64,000 bases of DNA from NCBI RefSeq assembly GCF_037042905.1, contig NC_087251.1:9302001-9366000 (forward strand), in the 5' to 3' direction. Source of the stretch: Lytechinus pictus. Its lineage: Eukaryota. The notes under the pieces were generated by a model. The model ran no database searches. It was not told the origin of the DNA and saw nothing but the letters and a program-made list of their open reading frames with translations. The translations under genes were made by a program, and so were the position numbers. Positions 40,501-49,500 of the stretch are shown in pieces (the stretch's first letter is position 1; the number at the start of each line of letters is the position of its first letter).

Positions 40501-43500
40501 AATTGTTTATTTGAATTTGACATCACAAATAACCCATCAAGAAAGAGAGAATAAATGAAGATTATACATTTTTTATCCACTATTCATCTACCCTGATCTT
40601 CTAAAAAATGATAAAAGTTAAAACAGGTTAATTTGGAAATAGAAATAACAGCATTTATCTGGATTTCATTGGGATTTCTGGTTATTTTGCCCTAAAAATC
40701 TATAGGTCATTGTTGATACAGTAATGGAAAATATACTAATACTAATAAAAATCAGAAATAAAATGTATACATACTTTGCATAATCAAAACTGTGCAAATA
40801 TTTTTGTGTGCGTTACTTGTTGTTTTCCTTGTATTGGTGTGGGTGTTTTGTCTTCCATAACAGACTATAGCTGACGTTTCATGTAAAGCAAAGGCCTCCA
40901 CCTATATTCTAGGCTAGTGTTTGCCAACCTTTATCTTCTGGGAAACTTATGTTTTTCAAAGATTCTTCAATTTTTTATGATTGCTTTATGTTATGTTTTG
41001 TACTTGTGACCAAAGAATATAGACTTTCAGAACACAGAATTTGCTATTTAAAAAAAGGAAAACAAGGGTCTTTAATATAGACTGAAAGAAAGTACCTTCA
41101 TCAGACTCCTGTAGTGAGAATGTTACAGGTGCAATCTGAGGGTGAGGAGGTGAATATAAAGAATCTTTAACTGGTTGATGTTCACTAGGACCAACTTGCT
41201 TTACTGGAACCTCCTTCCGTATCCGTGATGAGCTCTCTTTTATAATGACCTATAATGAAAAGGAAAAAAAAACATAAAACCAGGGGCCGTATTCTGAACA
41301 TTGTCTTTTCTCCATATTTTATCTTTTCTCAGAGATATGACAAAATCGGTATTCTGGTGGATGTCATAACTTTTGTCCCAAAAATTGTCATAAATTTCGT
41401 CTCTTCTCTTAAGCGCGCACCAAAAATATGCGGCTTTAAATGCGCGTAATCCTTTTATACAAGCAAAAGATATGACAAAAGTTATGACAGGGGGTAGCAG
41501 TCATAAATTCTGTCATATCTTTTAGTACCAAATATCCCGATACCCTGCCGACTAAATGTCAAGCAAATAATGATATTATTTAGATTTGATTGTGGTATTA
41601 GTTTCACTCATCATCCATGACAATTTTCAGAATTATTTTTTCATGCTACAATTAATTAGGCCCTACATATTTATTCCTCCTTTTTTTTTCTCTGTTTTCC
41701 TTCTTTTTCTACTTCTCCTCTAAAATCCTTCAAAGCTCCCTGTCTCTCTTTGTAATTAAGCAATATACGCGTAGTTGCGCGATTCCAGCAACTGTTTGGG
41801 GGATACGCCCTATCTGCCACGGGGCCTTCCTATTGGCTAGAAGGGCTCCCACTGGGAACTAACAATGATTTTGATTGGTTTTCTTCCGAAAAGATGGGCA
41901 GGAACTTTGAGAGATATGACAGGGAAAAGACAATATTCAGAATACCGATTTGTGACAATCATAGCGGTGTCATATCTCGGAGAGAAATGACAAAATTTAT
42001 GACAAAAGTTATGACAGTGTTCCAGAATACCACCCCAGGTCAGCAAAATCAGAGGAATATAAATGCAGGTATGTATAAATAAATTACCGTAAAAACACAC
42101 AGTCTGATTTGTTCTTCAAAGAACAGATGAAAAGATTTATTCTAAAAAAAGAGTTCCAATTTTGATGAAGATGCCATTTCAAAAATTAATAAATCAACAA
42201 GATGAATTTAGAAAAATCAAGCAGTTAAATTGGAAAAGAAAGTTGAATGATATTAAACAAGAAATTAACCGTAATAATATTCATTTTATAAAAAATTCAA
42301 TGACCAATATTACACTGAACTAGTGTGTAATTATTTCTGGATGATATTACAATACATGCGATAACTGCTTTCTGTAATCAAGATATGTTCATGGTCATCA
42401 GTTTTTCTTTTTCGTTATAGTTCACTTTTCATACTCAATATTATATGTTGACAAATTCATTTTGCTTCTACTACTAAATATCATGGACCGTCTTACAAAT
42501 GAATTGTGATAGATTGAATGAAAAAAATAAAAATGAGATTGATCTCAATTTATATCTCTTTATTACTCATTTTGAGATCAATCTCAGTTAAAATTTGAGA
42601 TAATTTTCAGTTAGAATTTGAGATCAACTCAGTTTGAATTTGAGATCATTCTCAGTTTAAATTGAGATCACTCTCAGTTAGAATTTGAAAACAATCTCAA
42701 TTTGAATTAAAGATCTTTCTCAATCAGAATTTCATATCAAATTCAGTTTGAATTTAAAGGTCAAGTCCACCCCAGGAAAATGCTGACTTGAATAAATAGA
42801 GAAAAATCAAACTAGCATAGTGCTGAAAATTTCATCAAAATCGGATGTAAAATTAGAAAGTTATGACATTTTAAAGTTTCGCTTATTTTTAAAAAAACAG
42901 TGATATGCACAACTAGGTGACTCGGACGATGATGTCCATCACTCACTATTTCTTTTGGTTTTTATTGTTTGAATTATACAATATTTCATTTCTTATAGAT
43001 TTGACAATAAGGACCAACTTGACTGAACCATATAGTATTAAACAATGATAATTCCACATGTTCAGGGAGGAATTAATCGTTGTATCACTTGACAATGAGG
43101 AGAATATTGGAATATTTCATAATTCATATAATAAAATACAAAAGAAATAGTGAGTGGATGACGTCATAGTCTCCTCATTTGCATACCAGCCAGAATGTGC
43201 ATATAACTGTTTTGTGAAATTAAGCAAAACTTCAAAATGTCATAACTTTCTTATTTTACATCCGATTTCGATGAAATTTTCAGTGTTATGCTTGTTGGAT
43301 TTTTCTCTTTTTATTCATATCAACTTTTTGTGGGGTAGACTTGTCCTTTAAGTTCAATTTCACTTTGAGTATGGTATGAATCTATCACAACTTTTTGTGA
43401 GACAAGCCCCTAGTCTAATAGAAGTACCTGCTGATATTGCATTGGTTGAACTGGTTCGTAATCAAACCCTTTTTCTTCCAAAAAATCCATCTCCATCTCT

Positions 43501-46500
43501 TCACTTGGCTCATACCGAGAGAGAAGGAACCGTTGATTTGGGTCCAGCTGGGAGATGGATGTAGGGCGGTATTGAGTAGACATGGCAGGTACTTGTTTAG
43601 CTGTACCTCTGGCATTGGGACGAATATTAGACCTCTGTTTTTTACCCTCCATGGTGACGATAAATCGGGGGCTGGAGTCCTCTGGTGCAGGAGATGGGGT
43701 TTCATAGACTTGAGGCTGAGCAGGTGGCTCTCTGATGAAATTAAATAAATAAAAACATGCTCTTTAATGCTATCCAGTTCAGAAGGGGGTTGAGGACCAA
43801 GGGCTGTGAAGGTGTCTGTCTCAGTGTTGTTATTGAAATGAAATAATATACAAATAATGAATGTTTATGAGTGCAGTGGACAGAATACTTCATGAGGTGA
43901 AAGATGAAATGATCCATTTAACGAGGCGTAGCCGAGTTGAATTGATCAATATTTCATCTTTCGCCGAATGAAGTATTCTGTCCATTGCAAGAATGAAAAA
44001 ACATTCATTATTTGGTATATATGACACATAAGAACAATTTTTTTTTTTCATATGAAATTCATGAATTTCGATGCAAAAAATGTTCATGCAGTGCGAGTTC
44101 GGTCTGTTGATTGTTACGTCATTACAACGTATGAGCTGCAGTCTCGATGCGCGAGTGCAATGGACAAAATCGTATGGATCCAAAATTGCATGATGAATGG
44201 ATCCAAAATTGCACGGTTGATGACGTCATTACAAAATGGGCTGAATGAACGCTATCAAATAACCAATCAAATCACAAGGATCTATCTAGGTGTCACATAA
44301 TCTTGAATACTTGATGCTGTTTAATTAATCAACAAAGGTAAATTAATGAAATATCATTGATTGCACTTATGAGGGAACTCATGTTTGGGGTTACATGTCT
44401 GATAAATGTAACCAAATCAAATTGAATATGAAGAGTGTATTTTAGAAAGCATGCAATAATGATTTTTCACTCTTGTCAAATACAAAATATAAGTAAAGGA
44501 CGGACGGACAGAGGAACCAATAATATAATGCTTCCAGCAATCATCTATGGTGGACAGAGGCATAATTACATTGTTCAAGAATGCTACATCATTCTTCCAC
44601 ACAATACAAAACTTCTGTTTACCTTTTCATAAGAGATGTAAGCCTATCAAACTGAAGAGGTCTAACTATGGTGGTATTCCTGGTGTCATATACCGGTTCC
44701 TGTATCTCCATCACTCTTTCATCCTCTTCAATTAGTTCTACAACCTTCATTTCTTCCTCATCACATTCCACAACAACTACCGCTTCTCCTTTATCTGTTT
44801 CCATGGTATTGATTATCTGACGTTGATCTGCAATTATGAATACATTCATCAAGAAATTGATTGTTAACAAAAATAAATATGATTAAGCTTGAGAGATTCT
44901 ATTATCTTAGGGGATTATTTTTGACAAAGAAACCACTATATTATTCAACTAATGATATAAAAACATATGCAATGTGATTGGAGTGACAATACCTTGTGTT
45001 CCATATTTTGGGGAAATTCACTCTTTTTTAACGACATAACAATCCATCTAGTGACATCGTGTGTCAACTTCCAGCTCTCTTTACAAAAAAAAAAGATTAA
45101 GATGAAGACACCAGGCCTTAAATTCCAATATTTTTAGGGCAAAGCTATTCCTTCCTATTATGCACAAAAATATGTAAGGTCAATTACAGGGGCACCAAGT
45201 CCAATCAATAGGGAATACATGGCCTTTGAGTGATTTAAGCCCTAAGACACTACGACATACCTATGGGGAGACTATCCCATTAGATACTGTGTTATGTCAT
45301 TTTCCTTTTTGAGATATGAGTAATGTTACCCACCATCATCATCTTCATCACTTTCCTCTGTGCTGTCTGCTGCTGATCCTTCCAACTCAATTTCCTTTTC
45401 AACATCATCATCTTCCTCCACTTCCAGATTCTCTTCTACACTCTCTTGCTGCTCCTCCTCCAGCCCTTCCTCCTCTTCTGCTTCAGCCTTCTTCTCAACT
45501 CTTTGGTAGGTATGTGCATCAAAGTCTCTCTCATTAGCTTCCTTAAAACGGGATCTAGACATGAGACCAAGAGGTCTGACAGTCACAGAGGCTTTTGTTG
45601 ATGGTTTAGGAGCAACTTCAGCCTTGCTTGCCTCCCTCACAGCTACTGCAAACATTTTCTTAGGTGCTGCTTGTGTCTTGCTGGAAGGCTCTTTGTCAGC
45701 TGGGATAGACCTACAAGTGATAGAAGAGCTCTAGATATCAAATATAGATCCTGTCATGCTACTTTTAATGTATTTCTTAATAGGATACATTTAAATGAGA
45801 CGGCAGTGTGGACGTTTATTAAGCCATTAAAGAAAGCAAATTCTTAAGAATAACTTGACTATGGCAAGACCAACTCCTATCTTATTTGCATTAGCTGATT
45901 TTGAAATATGTAGAATTTACAGTTTTACATTTTCAGGGAAAGTAATATACTTTGCCTCAATGTAAATGAAATGATAATGGATGAATGACATTGTTGGTTG
46001 TACCTGCACAAGGCCATGTTGTGAATTGTTTCATAAAATTGAGCAAGAAAACACATGGCATTAATAAAAATTTTGTTTGATTTTCTTTTATTATCATTCA
46101 AATCGACCTGTTGTACGTGCAGACTTGGCCTCTAATATCTGATGTATATTCTATATTGAACTAAGAGAACAAACTTTAACCTTGCTTCTACAAAAAAAGA
46201 GAAGCAATCATTTTGCAAAGTGAAATTTTGGTGTAAGGACTGTAACCATATTGAAACTAATTCATACCTAGCAACTATCTTCATAGTTCCCGACTGGCTA
46301 GCAGATCTAACAATCATTCTCCTTGGTTCTGCAAATTGACCTGCAGCTGGAAACACACTTGTTGACTCCTGCGCTTGTGTCATAGCTTTCTTCAACAATG
46401 CCATGCTGTTCTGTTTAGTCTTTGGTAAGGGCTGTCTGTGGAAACAAAAGCAATTATTCAAATATTTTATTTCCATTAGATGTAATATCAATAAAACAAA

Positions 46501-49500
46501 TAAGGCAGAAAGCAGAATTGGACACAAAGTAGAGCAATACAGATGAAATCAAAACAATGCTATTATGATAAATTGATTACATAGAAATGCCAGTTATGGT
46601 AGCAATTATATAAAAATGTGTTTGAACAAATTCAATTAATTACCACCTCATGTTTCTGTTAGTAAAATATGTGCCAAATAATTTTGGCAGAAAATGTGAG
46701 AAAATATAATAAGGCAATCCATTCAGGTGTAGGGTTTTTATAAAAGCAATAATAATACACTGTCCCACATGTACTTATCTGTGTTGGTGATCTTCAGAGT
46801 GATCACCTTTTCAGCATATAGATTTCACGATTTATAATATACGATCTGGTGACAGCTAACCTTGATTTCATGAAATAATTCGTCGGCGGTCATCCCAACA
46901 GTCGTATAACACATATGACGGTGCAAACCCATTTCAGAGATAATCGACTTCAAAGTTTACTATAATTTTCACACTTAGTTCCCCAGCCTTACAACATATT
47001 CATTGCTTGAAAAATACATGGTTGGAAAGACCAAGAAAATTGCTTGACATTGGTATCTTTATTTTTACACAAAACTAAGGATCCGAGAAAATATGGCAAA
47101 AGAGCTACATGCTTGTAATTTCGGTTTGAGCGACTTAGATTTTCCCTGTACAAAAAGGCCATAGGGAAAAAGCGATACGACGTTTTGACTGACCGCGATA
47201 TCAATACGCGCGATCAGTCAAAACGTCGTATCGCTTTTCACATGCAAAGTCAATGCAGTGCCCAGTGCTGATACGACGGTTTCGTTGACCGCGCGCATTG
47301 AAATCGCGGTCAGTCAAAATGTCGTATCACTCTGTTACAGTACACGTTTCCAATGGGATTTGTGTATTTCATTTTAAATTTGTATGGCATCGCCATAAAA
47401 ATCCTCTCATATCTTAGAAAATAAAATAAATTGCTGCCTAGAAATTTAGTTAAGAATAGAGAAGGACTTGTACTGTCATTTTCTGCAAAAATCTCAAAAT
47501 CAATTTTTTGACCAAAATTGACTGATAAGACGGTCCGAATGACCGCCGACGAATTGTTTGCTACAACTATTTCATGTATTCCCCATGTTTATGTAAAAAA
47601 TGATTTACAAAAGTAATCATTTATGAAGAATACTAGAAACAAATAGAAACAAACTACATTAAGGTATTGATTTGGCAAGCCTGTACCTTCTTCGTGGCTT
47701 GACAGTGCTGGCTACTCTTTTGACCACTGGTTCATCATCAGAATCCTCTTCTTTGCCTTCAATAATTTGACCAATGACAGACCCTGGACCTGGCCTTTTC
47801 ATGGATACAATCTACAAAAATAAGACACACAATTAAAATCAGTTAACTCTTTGAGTGCTTCATTTGCACCATTATACACCTGTGGACTTTTTTTCATTTG
47901 TAATGAATGTATTTACTGTACAATGCCTATTTGCTCTGGGATAACCAGATTCTCTGTACTGGACTTTCTATTATCCAATACTTTTAGACATTTAAAGTTC
48001 TGTATACATGACATGTATGATTAATTATGCAGTTATGCATTCATTCTTTATTTCAAGTCGAACATAAGATCATAGTTTATTGGTCCATTTTACGTTTGGT
48101 GTAAATTGATCTCATTTATGACCTACTAAGGAGGTGCTTCTAAGGATACATTAACTTTCATAAACTCTAAAGGGAAATTTTTTTTTATTTTCTAGAAAAA
48201 AAAATCAACATATCCTTGTGAGGTAAAAATGATACACAGGAAGTTAAAAGGGATGGGGAGAAATCAATAAGCCCTCCTCATCATAGACAATACCCAGGTT
48301 CTGAGTTTGGGTCTCTAAAACAGTTAAAACGACATTTGCTCCTGGGACAATTGCTCTAGGCTTTATTCCTTTTAAGATGTTGGGTAAGGGTTAGGGTTAC
48401 AATAGGGTTTTACGTTAGGTTTAGGGTAGGTTATAGTTTTCAATCCAAGATTTAATTTAGTCATTCAATTAGTGTGTGGAATTTACAGCAGAACAAATGT
48501 CACAGGAGCAAATGTCTTGGAACCCTAAAAAATTGTATTTTTAGTTTTACATAGGTTAGCTTATAAAAGGGAGATCCCCCCCTAAAAAAACAAAAACCAT
48601 GACATTTTCAATATTTAGTCAAAAGTTTCAAAATCAAGACTTACTGGTACTTTGACTACTGTTGACATTGTAGTGAAGGTCCTTCTCCCCTCCATTTCTG
48701 TTTTTCTTTTGATGGCAGGAACACCAAGGCGTGACTTGACTGAGCCTCTAGCTGGAGCAGACTCTGGACTAACTTTAGCTTGCATCCTAGAGCTACCTCC
48801 ACCCATAGTAACAGTGATGGGAAGAGAATGCTCCCTTGTTGCTTTAGGTAACACTTTGACTTCTTTGGCTTTCTCTTTGGGTGATGTCTGTGGTTGCAAT
48901 GCAACAGTCTGGACTTTGACCTTGCCTTTCACTTGTGTAGGCTTTACAGAGTCAGTAGCAGCTGGTTTCTTTGCTGCTTCACTCATCTTAATCTCTTCAT
49001 CCAAGAAATCATTAGTGTCTGGGATGAGGGATATTACAGGTTGAGTTGAGGAAGGTGCTGGTGCAGACTCTGAAGAAGTTTCTGTGCTTATTTTGGGAGC
49101 AGCCTGTGCAGGTTTCTGACATGTTTCATTAACAGGTTCACTGATCTGGGTGACTTCAGCTAATGGGGTCATTTCATTTGGTTGTTGTACAATATCTTTC
49201 TCAGCTGATGATTTGCTCCCTTCTTCATTGTCATCTGCTTTGCTCTCACTTGTAGACCGGTGTTTCTTATCTTTCTTTTCATCTTTTTTCTTACTTTTTT
49301 TCTTCTTGTCTTTAGATTTTTCTTTCTTCTCCTTCTGTTCATCCCTTGCTGCTTGGAGCTTATTGAGGACACCTTGAAGCCTTAAAAGTAACAATGATAG
49401 AGGCACAAGAAACATATATATTGGCATACATGCAGACTACAATCTGGCTCCCATCCATTCTATAAAGCATTGAGTCTGACTATTCAACAGTGCTAAATTA

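Noticed and set aside
30913..43351. Three similar short ORFs (..SSFAY....KCHNFLILHPI..KFSVL..) as a gene family
   Set aside because: They are translations of the TIR of the same TTAA MITE.
48380..48435. Interstitial telomere
   Set aside because: Only a few degenerate TTAGGG-like units inside a small inverted-repeat element.
48652..49377. Plus-strand ORFs overlapping the large exon
   Set aside because: Antisense shadows of the ZC3H14 coding exon.
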